DNA from: Eledone cirrhosa
Taxonomy: Eukaryota
Length of the DNA stretch: 64,000 nt
Assembly: GCA_964016885.1 (NCBI GenBank)
Contig: OZ024741.1
Span: forward strand, 100,316,001-100,380,000
Reading direction: 5' to 3'
The notes beneath the pieces are model-generated. The model saw nothing but the letters and a program-made list of their open reading frames with translations. It was not told where the DNA came from and searched no databases. The first letter of the stretch is position 1, and every line of letters starts with the position of its first letter. Of this stretch, positions 37,321 through 52,300 are shown piece after piece. The position numbers and the translations under genes were made by a program.

Positions 37321-40300
37321 GTAGTGTTTTACATAGGTAGTGCTTTATGTCCTAGTGTGTTATGTTGTAGTATCTTACATAGGTGGTGCTTAATGTCCTA
37401 GTGTGTTATGTTGTAGTGTTTTACATAGGTGGTGCTTTATGTCCTAATGTGTTATGTTGTAGTGTTTTACATAGGTTGTGCTTTATCTCCTAGTGTGTTA
37501 TGCTGTAGTGTTTTACGTAGGTGGTGCTTTATGACCTAGTGTGTTATGTTGTAGTATTTTACATAGGTGGTGTTTTATGTCCTAGTGTGTTATGTTGTAG
37601 TGTTTTACATAGGTGGTGCTTTATGTCCTAGTGTGTTATGTTGTAGTGTTTTACATAGGTGGTTCTTTATGTCCTAGTGTGTTATGTTGTAGTATTTTAC
37701 ATAGGTGGTGCATTATGTCCTAGTGTGTTATGTTGTAGTGTTTTACATAGGTGGTGCTTTATGTCCTAGTGTGTTATGTTGTAGTGTTTTACATAGGTGG
37801 TGCTTTATGTCCTAGTGTGTTATGTTTTAGTGTTTTACATAGGTGGTGCTTTATGTCCTAATGTGTTATGTTGTAGTGTTTTACATAGGTGGTGCTTTAT
37901 GTCCTAGTGTGTTATGTTGTAGTATTTTACATAGGTTGTGCTTTATGTCCTAGTGTGTTATGTTGTAGTATTTTACATAGGGGGTGCTTTATGTCCTAGT
38001 GTGTTATTTTGTAGTGTTTTACATAGGTAGTGCTTTATGTCCTAGTGTGTTATGTTGTAGTGTTTTACATAGGTGGTGCTTTATGTCCTAGTGTGTTATG
38101 TTGTAGTGTTTTACATAGGTTGTGCTTTATCTCCTAGTGTGTTATGCTGTAGTGTTTTACGTAGGTGGTGCTTTATGACCTAGTGTGTTATGTTGTAGTA
38201 TTTTACATAGGTGGTGTTTTATGTCCTAGTGTGTTATGTTGTAGTGTTTTACATAGGTGGTGCTTTATGTCCTAGTGTGTTATGTTGTAGTGTTTTACAT
38301 AGGTGGTTCTTTATGTCCTAGTGTGTTATGTTGTAGTATTTTACATAGGTGGTGCTTTATGTCCTAGTGTGTTATGTTGTAGTGTTTTACATAGGTAGTG
38401 CTTTATGTCCTAGTGTGTTATGTTGTAGTGTTTTAAATAGGTGGTGTTTTATGTCCTAGTGTGTTATGTTGTAGTGTTTTACATAGGTGGTGCTTTATGT
38501 CCTAGTGTGTTATGTTGTAGTGTTTTACATAGGTGGTGCTTTATGTCCTAGTGTGTTATGTTGTAGTGTTTTACATAGGTGGTGCTTTATGTCCTAATGT
38601 GTTATGTTGTAGTGTTTTACATAGGTGGTGCTTTATGTCCTAGTGTGTTATGTTGTAGTAGTTTACATAGGTTGTGTTTTATGTCCTAGTGTGTTATGTT
38701 GTAATATTTTACATAGGGGGTGCTTTATGTCCTAGTGTGTTATTTTGTAGTGTTTTACATAGGTAGTGCTTTATGTCCTAGTGTGTTATGTTGTAGTGTT
38801 TTACATAGGTGGTGCTTTATGTCCTAGTGTGTTATGTTGTAGTGTTTTTCATAGGTGGTGCTTTATGTCCTAATGTGTTATGTTGTAGTGTTTTACATAG
38901 GTGGTGCTTTATGACCTAGTGTGTTATGTTGTAGTATTTTACATAGGTGGTGTTTTATGTCCTAGTGTGTTATGTTGTAGTGTTTTACATAGGTGGTGCT
39001 TTATGTCCTAGTGTGTTATGTTGTAGTGTTTTACATAGGTGGTGCTGTATGTCCTAATGTGTTATGTTGTAGTGTTTTACATAGATGGTGCTTTATCTCC
39101 TAGTGTGTTATGTTGTAGTATTTTACATAGGTTGTGCTTTATGTCCTAGTGTGTTATGTTGTAGTATTTTACATAGGGGGTGCTTTATATCCTAGTGTGT
39201 TATTTTGTAGTGTTTTACATAGGTAGTGCTTTATGTCCTAGTGTGTTATGTTGTAGTGTTTTACATAGGTGGTGCTTTATGTCCTAGTGTGTTATGTTGT
39301 AGTGTTTTACATAGGTGGTGCTTTATGTCCTAGTGTGTTATGTTGTAGTGTTTTACATAGGTGGTTCATTATGTCCTAGTGTGTTATGTTGTAGTATTTT
39401 ACATAGGTGGTGCTTTATGTCTTAGTGTGTTATGTTGTAGTGTTTTATATAGGTGGTGCTTTATGTCCTAGTGTGTTATGTTGTAGTGTTTTACATAGGT
39501 AGTGCTTTATGTCCTAGTGTGTTATGTTGTAGTATCTTACATAGGTGGTGCTTAATGTCCTAGTGTGTTATATTGTAGTATTTTACATAGGTTGTGCTAT
39601 ATCTCCTAGTGTGTTATGTTGTAGTGTTTTACATAGGTGGTGCTTTATGTCCTAGTGTGTTATGTTGTAGTGTTTTACATAGGTGGTGCTTTATGTCCTA
39701 GTGTGTTATGTTCTAGTATTTTACATAGGTGGTGCTGTATGCCCTAGTGTGTTATGTTCTAGTATTTTACATAGGTGGTGCTTTATGTCCTAGTGTGTTA
39801 TGTTGTAGTATTTTACATAGGTGGTGCTTTATGTCCTAATGTGTTATGTTGTAGTGTTTAACATAGGTGGTGCTTTGTGTCCTAGTGTGTTATGTTGTAG
39901 TGTTTACATAGGTGGTGCTTTATGTCCTAGTGTGTTATGTTGTAGTATTTTACATAGGTGGTGCTTTATGTCCTAGTGTGTTATATTGTAGTGTTTACAT
40001 AGGTGGTGCTTTATGACCTAGTGTGTTATGTTGTAGTATTTTACATAGGTGGTGCTTTATGTCCTAGTGTGTTATGTTGTAGTATTTTACATAGGTGGTG
40101 CTTTATGTCCTAGTGTGTTATGTTGTAGTAATTTACATAGGTGGTGCTTTATGTCCTAGTGTGTTATGTTGTAGTGTTTTACATGGGTGGTGCTTTATGT
40201 CCTAGTGTGTTATATTGTGGTGTTTGACATAGGTGGTGCTTTATGTCCTAGTGTGTTATGTTGTAGTGTTTTACATAGGTGGTGCTTTATGTCCTAGTGT

Positions 40301-43300
40301 GTTATGTTGTAGTGTTTTACATAGGTGGTGCTTTATGTCCTAGTGTGTTATGTTGTAGTGTTTTACATAGGTAGTGCTTTATGTCCTAGTGTGTTATGTT
40401 GTAGTATTTTACATAGGTGGTGCTTTATGTCCTAGTGTGTTATGTTGTAGTGTTTTACATAGGTGGTGCTTTATGTCCTAGTGTGTTATGTTGTAGTGTT
40501 TTACATAGGTAGTGCTTTATGTCCTAGTGTGTTATGTTGTAGTATCTTACATAGGTGGTGCTTAATGTCCTAGTGTGTTATGTTGTAGTGTTTTACATAG
40601 GTGGTGCTTTATGTCCTAGTGTGTTATGTTGTAGTGTTTTACATAGGTGGTGCTTTATGTCCTAGTGTGTTATGTTGTAGTGTTTTACATAGGTGGTGCT
40701 TTATGACCTAGTGTGTTATGTTGTAGTATTTTACATAGGTGGTGTTTTATGTCCTAGTGTGTTATGTTGTAGTGTTTTACATAGGTGGTGCTTTATGTCC
40801 TAGTGTGTTATGTTGTAGTGTTTTACATAGGTGGTTCTTTATGTCCTAGTGTGTTATGTTGTAGTATTTTACATAGGTGGTGCATTATGTCCTAGTGTGT
40901 TATGTTGTAGTGTTTTACATAGGTGGTGCTTTATGTCCTAGTGTGTTATGTTGTAGTGTTTTACATAGGTGGTGCTTTATGTCCTAGTGTGTTATGTTGT
41001 AGTGTTTTACATAGGTGGTGCTTTATGTCCTAATGTTTTATGTTGTAGTGTTTAACATAGGTGGTGCTTTATGTCCTAGTGTATTATGTTGTAGTATTTT
41101 ACATAGGTTGTGCTTTATGTCCTAGTGTGTTATGTTGTAGTATTTTACATAGGGGGTGCTTTATGTCCTAGTGTGTTATTTTGTAGTGTTTTACATAGGT
41201 AGTGCTTTATGTCCTAGTGTGTTATGTTGTAGTGTTTTACATAGGTGGTGCTTTATGTCCTAGTGTGTTATGTTGTAGTGTTTTACATAGGTGGTGCTTT
41301 ATGTCCTAGTGTGTTATGTTGTAGTGTTTTACATAGGTGGTTCTTTATGTCCTAGTGTGTTATGTTGTAGTATTTTACATAGGTGGTGCTTTATGTCTTA
41401 GTGTTTTATGTTGTAGTGTTTTACATAGGTGGTGCTTTATGTCCTAGTGTGTTATGTTGTAGTGTTTTACATAGGTAGTGTAATATGTCCTACTGCGTTA
41501 TGTTGTAGTATTTTACATAGGCGGTGCTTTATGTCCTAGTGTGTTATGTTGTAGTGTTTTACATGGGTGGTGCTTTATGTCCTAGTGTGTTATATTGTAG
41601 TATTTTACATAGGTGATGCTTTATGTCCTAGTGTGTTATGTTGTAGTGTTTTACATAGGTGGTGCTCTATGTCCTAGTGTGTTATGTTGTAGTGTTTTAT
41701 ATAGGTGGTGCTTTATGTCCTAGTGTGTTATGTTGTAGTGTTTTACATAGGTAGTGCTTTATGTCCTAGTGTGTTATGTTGTAGTATCTTACATAGGTGG
41801 TGCTTAATGTCCTAGTGTGTTATGTTGTAGTGTTTTACATAGGTGGTGCTTTATGTCCTAGTGTGTTATGTTGTAGTGTTTTACATAGGTTGTGCTTTAT
41901 CTCCTAGTGTGTTATGCTGTAGTGTTTTACGTAGGTGGTGCTTTATGACCTAGTGTGTTATGTTGTAGTATTTTACATAGGTGGTGTTTTATGTCCTAGT
42001 GTGTTATGTTGTAGTGTTTTACATAGGTGGTGCTTTATGTCCTAGTGTGTTATGTTGTAGTGTTTTACATAGGTGGTTCTTTATGTCCTAGTGTGTTATG
42101 TTGTAGTATTTTACATAGGTGGTGCATTATGTCCTAGTGTGTTATGTTGTAGTGTTTTACATAGGTGGTGCTTTATGTCCTAGTGTGTTATGTTGTAGTG
42201 TTTTACATAGGTGGTGCTTTATGTCCTAGTGTGTTATGTTTTAGTGTTTTACATAGGTGGTGCTTTATGTCCTAATGTGTTATGTTGTAGTGTTTTACAT
42301 AGGTGGTGCTTTATGTCCTAGTGTGTTATGTTGTAGTATTTTACATAGGTTGTGCTTTATGTCCTAGTGTGTTATGTTGTAGTATTTTACATAGGGGGTG
42401 CTTTATGTCCTAGTGTGTTATTTTGTAGTGTTTTACATAGGTAGTGCTTTATGTCCTAGTGTGTTATGTTGTAGTGTTTTACATAGGTGGTGCTTTATGT
42501 CCTAGTGTGTTATGTTGTAGTGTTTTACATAGGTTGTGCTTTATCTCCTAGTGTGTTATGCTGTAGTGTTTTACGTAGGTGGTGCTTTATGACCTAGTGT
42601 GTTATGTTGTAGTATTTTACATAGGTGGTGTTTTATGTCCTAGTGTGTTATGTTGTAGTGTTTTACATAGGTGGTGCTTTATGTCCTAGTGTGTTATGTT
42701 GTAGTGTTTTACATAGGTGGTTCTTTATGTCCTAGTGTGTTATGTTGTAGTATTTTACATAGGTGGTGCTTTATGTCCTAGTGTGTTATGTTGTAGTGTT
42801 TTACATAGGTAGTGCTTTATGTCCTAGTGTGTTATGTTGTAGTGTTTTAAATAGGTGGTGTTTTATGTCCTAGTGTGTTATGTTGTAGTGTTTTACATAG
42901 GTGGTGCTTTATGTCCTAGTGTGTTATGTTGTAGTGTTTTACATAGGTGGTGCTTTATGTCCTAGTGTGTTATGTTGTAGTGTTTTACATAGGTGGTGCT
43001 TTATGTCCTAATGTGTTATGTTGTAGTGTTTTACATAGGTGGTGCTTTATGTCCTAGTGTGTTATGTTGTAGTAGTTTACATAGGTTGTGTTTTATGTCC
43101 TAGTGTGTTATGTTGTAATATTTTACATAGGGGGTGCTTTATGTCCTAGTGTGTTATTTTGTAGTGTTTTACATAGGTAGTGCTTTATGTCCTAGTGTGT
43201 TATGTTGTAGTGTTTTACATAGGTGGTGCTTTATGTCCTAGTGTGTTATGTTGTAGTGTTTTTCATAGGTGGTGCTTTATGTCCTAATGTGTTATGTTGT

Positions 43301-46300
43301 AGTGTTTTACATAGGTGGTGCTTTATGACCTAGTGTGTTATGTTGTAGTATTTTACATAGGTGGTGTTTTATGTCCTAGTGTGTTATGTTGTAGTGTTTT
43401 ACATAGGTGGTGCTTTATGTCCTAGTGTGTTATGTTGTAGTGTTTTACATAGGTGGTGCTGTATGTCCTAATGTGTTATGTTGTAGTGTTTTACATAGAT
43501 GGTGCTTTATCTCCTAGTGTGTTATGTTGTAGTATTTTACATAGGTTGTGCTTCATGTCCTAGTGTGTTATGTTGTAGTATTTTACATAGGGGGTGCTTT
43601 ATATCCTAGTGTGTTATTTTGTAGTGTTTTACATAGGTAGTGCTTTATGTCCTAGTGTGTTATGTTGTAGTGTTTTACATAGGTGGTGCTTTATGTCCTA
43701 GTGTGTTATGTTGTAGTGTTTTACATAGGTGGTGCTTTATGTCCTAGTGTGTTATGTTGTAGTGTTTTACATAGGTGGTTCATTATGTCCTAGTGTGTTA
43801 TGTTGTAGTATTTTACATAGGTGGTGCTTTATGTCTTAGTGTGTTATGTTGTAGTGTTTTATATAGGTGGTGCTTTATGTCCTAGTGTGTTATGTTGTAG
43901 TGTTTTACATAGGTAGTGCTTTATGTCCTAGTGTGTTATGTTGTAGTATCTTACATAGGTGGTGCTTAATGTCCTAGTGTGTTATATTGTAGTATTTTAC
44001 ATAGGTTGTGCTATATCTCCTAGTGTGTTATGTTGTAGTGTTTTACATAGGTGGTGCTTTATGTCCTAGTGTGTTATGTTGTAGTGTTTTACATAGGTGG
44101 TGCTTTATGTCCTAGTGTGTTATGTTCTAGTATTTTACATAGGTGGTGCTGTATGCCCTAGTGTGTTATGTTCTAGTATTTTACATAGGTGGTGCTTTAT
44201 GTCCTAGTGTGTTATGTTGTAGTATTTTACATAGGTGGTGCTTTATGTCCTAATGTGTTATGTTGTAGTGTTTAACATAGGTGGTGCTTTGTGTCCTAGT
44301 GTGTTATGTTGTAGTGTTTACATAGGTGGTGCTTTATGTCCTAGTGTGTTATGTTGTAGTATTTTACATAGGTGGTGCTTTATGTCCTAGTGTGTTATAT
44401 TGTAGTGTTTACATAGGTGGTGCTTTATGACCTAGTGTGTTATGTTGTAGTATTTTACATAGGTGGTGCTTTATGTCCTAGTGTGTTATGTTGTAGTATT
44501 TTACATAGGTGGTGCTTTATGTCCTAGTGTGTTATGTTGTAGTAATTTACATAGGTGGTGCTTTATGTCCTAGTGTGTTATGTTGTAGTGTTTTACATGG
44601 GTGGTGCTTTATGTCCTAGTGTGTTATATTGTGGTGTTTGACATAGGTGGTGCTTTATGTCCTAGTGTGTTATGTTGTAGTGTTTTACATAGGTGGTGCT
44701 TTATGTCCTAGTGTGTTATGTTGTAGTGTTTTACATAGGTGGTGCTTTATGTCCTAGTGTGTTATGTTGTAGTGTTTTACATAGGTAGTGCTTTATGTCC
44801 TAGTGTGTTATGTTGTAGTATTTTACATAGGTGGTGCTTTATGTCCTAGTGTGTTATGTTGTAGTGTTTTACATAGGTGGTGCTTTATGTCCTAGTGTGT
44901 TATGTTGTAGTGTTTTACATAGGTAGTGCTTTATGTCCTAGTGTGTTATGTTGTAGTATCTTACATAGGTGGTGCTTAATGTCCTAGTGTGTTATGTTGT
45001 AGTGTTTTACATAGGTGGTGCTTTATGTCCTAGTGTGTTATGTTGTAGTGTTTTACATAGGTGGTGCTTTATGTCCTAGTGTGTTATGTTGTAGTGTTTT
45101 ACATAGGTGGTGCTTTATGACCTAGTGTGTTATGTTGTAGTATTTTACATAGGTGGTGTTTTATGTCCTAGTGTGTTATGTTGTAGTGTTTTACATAGGT
45201 GGTGCTTTATGTCCTAGTGTGTTATGTTGTAGTGTTTTACATAGGTGGTTCTTTATGTCCTAGTGTGTTATGTTGTAGTATTTTACATAGGTGGTGCATT
45301 ATGTCCTAGTGTGTTATGTTGTAGTGTTTTACATAGGTGGTGCTTTATGTCCTAGTGTGTTATGTTGTAGTGTTTTACATAGGTGGTGCTTTATGTCCTA
45401 GTGTGTTATGTTGTAGTGTTTTACATAGGTGGTGCTTTATGTCCTAATGTTTTATGTTGTAGTGTTTAACATAGGTGGTGCTTTATGTCCTAGTGTATTA
45501 TGTTGTAGTATTTTACATAGGTTGTGCTTTATGTCCTAGTGTGTTATGTTGTAGTATTTTACATAGGGGGTGCTTTATGTCCTAGTGTGTTATTTTGTAG
45601 TGTTTTACATAGGTAGTGCTTTATGTCCTAGTGTGTTATGTTGTAGTGTTTTACATAGGTGGTGCTTTATGTCCTAGTGTGTTATGTTGTAGTGTTTTAC
45701 ATAGGTGGTGCTTTATGTCCTAGTGTGTTATGTTGTAGTGTTTTACATAGGTGGTTCTTTATGTCCTAGTGTGTTATGTTGTAGTATTTTACATAGGTGG
45801 TGCTTTATGTCTTAGTGTTTTATGTTGTAGTGTTTTACATAGGTGGTGCTTTATGTCCTAGTGTGTTATGTTGTAGTGTTTTACATAGGTAGTGTAATAT
45901 GTCCTACTGCGTTATGTTGTAGTATTTTACATAGGCGGTGCTTTATGTCCTAGTGTGTTATGTTGTAGTGTTTTACATGGGTGGTGCTTTATGTCCTAGT
46001 GTGTTATATTGTAGTATTTTACATAGGTGATGCTTTATGTCCTAGTGTGTTATGTTGTAGTGTTTTACATAGGTGGTGCTCTATGTCCTAGTGTGTTATG
46101 TTGTAGTGTTTTATATAGGTGGTGCTTTATGTCCTAGTGTGTTATGTTGTAGTGTTTTACATAGGTAGTGCTTTATGTCCTAGTGTGTTATGTTGTAGTA
46201 TCTTACATAGGTGGTGCTTAATGTCCTAGTGTGTTATGTTGTAGTGTTTTACATAGGTGGTGCTTTATGTCCTAGTGTGTTATGTTGTAGTGTTTTACAT

Positions 46301-49300
46301 AGGTTGTGCTTTATCTCCTAGTGTGTTATGCTGTAGTGTTTTACGTAGGTGGTGCTTTATGACCTAGTGTGTTATGTTGTAGTATTTTACATAGGTGGTG
46401 TTTTATGTCCTAGTGTGTTATGTTGTAGTGTTTTACATAGGTGGTGCTTTATGTCCTAGTGTGTTATGTTGTAGTGTTTTACATAGGTGGTTCTTTATGT
46501 CCTAGTGTGTTATGTTGTAGTATTTTACATAGGTGGTGCATTATGTCCTAGTGTGTTATGTTGTAGTGTTTTACATAGGTGGTGCTTTATGTCCTAGTGT
46601 GTTATGTTGTAGTGTTTTACATAGGTGGTGCTTTATGTCCTAGTGTGTTATGTTTTAGTGTTTTACATAGGTGGTGCTTTATGTCCTAATGTGTTATGTT
46701 GTAGTGTTTTACATAGGTGGTGCTTTATGTCCTAGTGTGTTATGTTGTAGTATTTTACATAGGTTGTGCTTTATGTCCTAGTGTGTTATGTTGTAGTATT
46801 TTACATAGGGGGTGCTTTATGTCCTAGTGTGTTATTTTGTAGTGTTTTACATAGGTAGTGCTTTATGTCCTAGTGTGTTATGTTGTAGTGTTTTACATAG
46901 GTGGTGCTTTATGTCCTAGTGTGTTATGTTGTAGTGTTTTACATAGGTTGTGCTTTATCTCCTAGTGTGTTATGCTGTAGTGTTTTACGTAGGTGGTGCT
47001 TTATGACCTAGTGTGTTATGTTGTAGTATTTTACATAGGTGGTGTTTTATGTCCTAGTGTGTTATGTTGTAGTGTTTTACATAGGTGGTGCTTTATGTCC
47101 TAGTGTGTTATGTTGTAGTGTTTTACATAGGTGGTTCTTTATGTCCTAGTGTGTTATGTTGTAGTATTTTACATAGGTGGTGCTTTATGTCCTAGTGTGT
47201 TATGTTGTAGTGTTTTACATAGGTAGTGCTTTATGTCCTAGTGTGTTATGTTGTAGTGTTTTAAATAGGTGGTGTTTTATGTCCTAGTGTGTTATGTTGT
47301 AGTGTTTTACATAGGTGGTGCTTTATGTCCTAGTGTGTTATGTTGTAGTGTTTTACATAGGTGGTGCTTTATGTCCTAGTGTGTTATGTTGTAGTGTTTT
47401 ACATAGGTGGTGCTTTATGTCCTAATGTGTTATGTTGTAGTGTTTTACATAGGTGGTGCTTTATGTCCTAGTGTGTTATGTTGTAGTAGTTTACATAGGT
47501 TGTGTTTTATGTCCTAGTGTGTTATGTTGTAATATTTTACATAGGGGGTGCTTTATGTCCTAGTGTGTTATTTTGTAGTGTTTTACATAGGTAGTGCTTT
47601 ATGTCCTAGTGTGTTATGTTGTAGTGTTTTACATAGGTGGTGCTTTATGTCCTAGTGTGTTATGTTGTAGTGTTTTTCATAGGTGGTGCTTTATGTCCTA
47701 ATGTGTTATGTTGTAGTGTTTTACATAGGTGGTGCTTTATGACCTAGTGTGTTATGTTGTAGTATTTTACATAGGTGGTGTTTTATGTCCTAGTGTGTTA
47801 TGTTGTAGTGTTTTACATAGGTGGTGCTTTATGTCCTAGTGTGTTATGTTGTAGTGATTTACATAGGTGGTGCTGTATGTCCTAATGTGTTATGTTGTAG
47901 TGTTTTACATAGATGGTGCTTTATCTCCTAGTGTGTTATGTTGTAGTATTTTACATAGGTTGTGCTTCATGTCCTAGTGTGTTATGTTGTAGTATTTTAC
48001 ATAGGGGGTGCTTTATATCCTAGTGTGTTATTTTGTAGTGTTTTACATAGGTAGTGCTTTATGTCCTAGTGTGTTATGTTGTAGTGTTTTACATAGGTGG
48101 TGCTTTATGTCCTAGTGTGTTATGTTGTAGTGTTTTACATAGGTAGTGTAATATGTCCTACTGCGTTATGTTGTAGTATTTTACATAGGCGGTGCTTTAT
48201 GTCCTAGTGTGTTATGTTGTAGTGTTTTACATGGGTGGTGCTTTATGTCCTAGTGTGTTATATTGTAGTATTTTACATAGGTGATGCTTTATGTCCTAGT
48301 GTGTTATGTTGTAGTGTTTTACATAGGTGGTGCTCTATGTCCTAGTGTGTTATGTTGTAGTGTTTTATATAGGTGGTGCTTTATGTCCTAGTGTGTTATG
48401 TTGTAGTGTTTTACATAGGTAGTGCTTTATGTCCTAGTGTGTTATGTTGTAGTATCTTACATAGGTGGTGCTTAATGTCCTAGTGTGTTATGTTGTAGTG
48501 TTTTACATAGGTGGTGCTTTATGTCCTAGTGTGTTATGTTGTAGTGTTTTACATAGGTTGTGCTTTATCTCCTAGTGTGTTATGCTGTAGTGTTTTACGT
48601 AGGTGGTGCTTTATGACCTAGTGTGTTATGTTGTAGTATTTTACATAGGTGGTGTTTTATGTCCTAGTGTGTTATGTTGTAGTGTTTTACATAGGTGGTG
48701 CTTTATGTCCTAGTGTGTTATGTTGTAGTGTTTTACATAGGTGGTTCTTTATGTCCTAGTGTGTTATGTTGTAGTATTTTACATAGGTGGTGCATTATGT
48801 CCTAGTGTGTTATGTTGTAGTGTTTTACATAGGTGGTGCTTTATGTCCTAGTGTGTTATGTTGTAGTGTTTTACATAGGTGGTGCTTTATGTCCTAGTGT
48901 GTTATGTTTTAGTGTTTTACATAGGTGGTGCTTTATGTCCTAATGTGTTATGTTGTAGTGTTTTACATAGGTGGTGCTTTATGTCCTAGTGTGTTATGTT
49001 GTAGTATTTTACATAGGTTGTGCTTTATGTCCTAGTGTGTTATGTTGTAGTATTTTACATAGGGGGTGCTTTATGTCCTAGTGTGTTATTTTGTAGTGTT
49101 TTACATAGGTAGTGCTTTATGTCCTAGTGTGTTATGTTGTAGTGTTTTACATAGGTGGTGCTTTATGTCCTAGTGTGTTATGTTGTAGTGTTTTACATAG
49201 GTTGTGCTTTATCTCCTAGTGTGTTATGCTGTAGTGTTTTACGTAGGTGGTGCTTTATGACCTAGTGTGTTATGTTGTAGTATTTTACATAGGTGGTGTT

Positions 49301-52300
49301 TTATGTCCTAGTGTGTTATGTTGTAGTGTTTTACATAGGTGGTGCTTTATGTCCTAGTGTGTTATGTTGTAGTGTTTTACATAGGTGGTTCTTTATGTCC
49401 TAGTGTGTTATGTTGTAGTATTTTACATAGGTGGTGCTTTATGTCCTAGTGTGTTATGTTGTAGTGTTTTACATAGGTAGTGCTTTATGTCCTAGTGTGT
49501 TATGTTGTAGTGTTTTAAATAGGTGGTGTTTTATGTCCTAGTGTGTTATGTTGTAGTGTTTTACATAGGTGGTGCTTTATGTCCTAGTGTGTTATGTTGT
49601 AGTGTTTTACATAGGTGGTGCTTTATGTCCTAGTGTGTTATGTTGTAGTGTTTTACATAGGTGGTGCTTTATGTCCTAATGTGTTATGTTGTAGTGTTTT
49701 ACATAGGTGGTGCTTTATGTCCTAGTGTGTTATGTTGTAGTAGTTTACATAGGTTGTGTTTTATGTCCTAGTGTGTTATGTTGTAATATTTTACATAGGG
49801 GGTGCTTTATGTCCTAGTGTGTTATTTTGTAGTGTTTTACATAGGTAGTGCTTTATGTCCTAGTGTGTTATGTTGTAGTGTTTTACATAGGTGGTGCTTT
49901 ATGTCCTAGTGTGTTATGTTGTAGTGTTTTTCATAGGTGGTGCTTTATGTCCTAATGTGTTATGTTGTAGTGTTTTACATAGGTGGTGCTTTATGACCTA
50001 GTGTGTTATGTTGTAGTATTTTACATAGGTGGTGTTTTATGTCCTAGTGTGTTATGTTGTAGTGTTTTACATAGGTGGTGCTTTATGTCCTAGTGTGTTA
50101 TGTTGTAGTGTTTTACATAGGTGGTGCTGTATGTCCTAATGTGTTATGTTGTAGTGTTTTACATAGATGGTGCTTTATCTCCTAGTGTGTTATGTTGTAG
50201 TATTTTACATAGGTTGTGCTTCATGTCCTAGTGTGTTATGTTGTAGTATTTTACATAGGGGGTGCTTTATATCCTAGTGTGTTATTTTGTAGTGTTTTAC
50301 ATAGGTAGTGCTTTATGTCCTAGTGTGTTATGTTGTAGTGTTTTACATAGGTGGTGCTTTATGTCCTAGTGTGTTATGTTGTAGTGTTTTACATAGGTGG
50401 TGCTTTATGTCCTAGTGTGTTATGTTGTAGTGTTTTACATAGGTGGTTCATTATGTCCTAGTGTGTTATGTTGTAGTATTTTACATAGGTGGTGCTTTAT
50501 GTCTTAGTGTGTTATGTTGTAGTGTTTTATATAGGTGGTGCTTTATGTCCTAGTGTGTTATGTTGTAGTGTTTTACATAGGTAGTGCTTTATGTCCTAGT
50601 GTGTTATGTTGTAGTATCTTACATAGGTGGTGCTTAATGTCCTAGTGTGTTATATTGTAGTATTTTACATAGGTTGTGCTATATCTCCTAGTGTGTTATG
50701 TTGTAGTGTTTTACATAGGTGGTGCTTTATGTCCTAGTGTGTTATGTTGTAGTGTTTTACATAGGTGGTGCTTTATGTCCTAGTGTGTTATGTTCTAGTA
50801 TTTTACATAGGTGGTGCTGTATGCCCTAGTGTGTTATGTTCTAGTATTTTACATAGGTGGTGCTTTATGTCCTAGTGTGTTATGTTGTAGTATTTTACAT
50901 AGGTGGTGCTTTATGTCCTAATGTGTTATGTTGTAGTGTTTAACATAGGTGGTGCTTTGTGTCCTAGTGTGTTATGTTGTAGTGTTTACATAGGTGGTGC
51001 TTTATGTCCTAGTGTGTTATGTTGTAGTATTTTACATAGGTGGTGCTTTATGTCCTAGTGTGTTATATTGTAGTGTTTACATAGGTGGTGCTTTATGACC
51101 TAGTGTGTTATGTTGTAGTATTTTACATAGGTGGTGCTTTATGTCCTAGTGTGTTATGTTGTAGTATTTTACATAGGTGGTGCTTTATGTCCTAGTGTGT
51201 TATGTTGTAGTAATTTACATAGGTGGTGCTTTATGTCCTAGTGTGTTATGTTGTAGTGTTTTACATGGGTGGTGCTTTATGTCCTAGTGTGTTATATTGT
51301 GGTGTTTGACATAGGTGGTGCTTTATGTCCTAGTGTGTTATGTTGTAGTGTTTTACATAGGTGGTGCTTTATGTCCTAGTGTGTTATGTTGTAGTGTTTT
51401 ACATAGGTGGTGCTTTATGTCCTAGTGTGTTATGTTGTAGTGTTTTACATAGGTAGTGCTTTATGTCCTAGTGTGTTATGTTGTAGTATTTTACATAGGT
51501 GGTGCTTTATGTCCTAGTGTGTTATGTTGTAGTGTTTTACATAGGTGGTGCTTTATGTCCTAGTGTGTTATGTTGTAGTGTTTTACATAGGTAGTGCTTT
51601 ATGTCCTAGTGTGTTATGTTGTAGTATCTTACATAGGTGGTGCTTAATGTCCTAGTGTGTTATGTTGTAGTGTTTTACATAGGTGGTGCTTTATGTCCTA
51701 GTGTGTTATGTTGTAGTGTTTTACATAGGTGGTGCTTTATGTCCTAGTGTGTTATGTTGTAGTGTTTTACATAGGTGGTGCTTTATGACCTAGTGTGTTA
51801 TGTTGTAGTATTTTACATAGGTGGTGTTTTATGTCCTAGTGTGTTATGTTGTAGTGTTTTACATAGGTGGTGCTTTATGTCCTAGTGTGTTATGTTGTAG
51901 TGTTTTACATAGGTGGTTCTTTATGTCCTAGTGTGTTATGTTGTAGTATTTTACATAGGTGGTGCATTATGTCCTAGTGTGTTATGTTGTAGTGTTTTAC
52001 ATAGGTGGTGCTTTATGTCCTAGTGTGTTATGTTGTAGTGTTTTACATAGGTGGTGCTTTATGTCCTAGTGTGTTATGTTGTAGTGTTTTACATAGGTGG
52101 TGCTTTATGTCCTAATGTTTTATGTTGTAGTGTTTAACATAGGTGGTGCTTTATGTCCTAGTGTATTATGTTGTAGTATTTTACATAGGTTGTGCTTTAT
52201 GTCCTAGTGTGTTATGTTGTAGTATTTTACATAGGGGGTGCTTTATGTCCTAGTGTGTTATTTTGTAGTGTTTTACATAGGTAGTGCTTTATGTCCTAGT

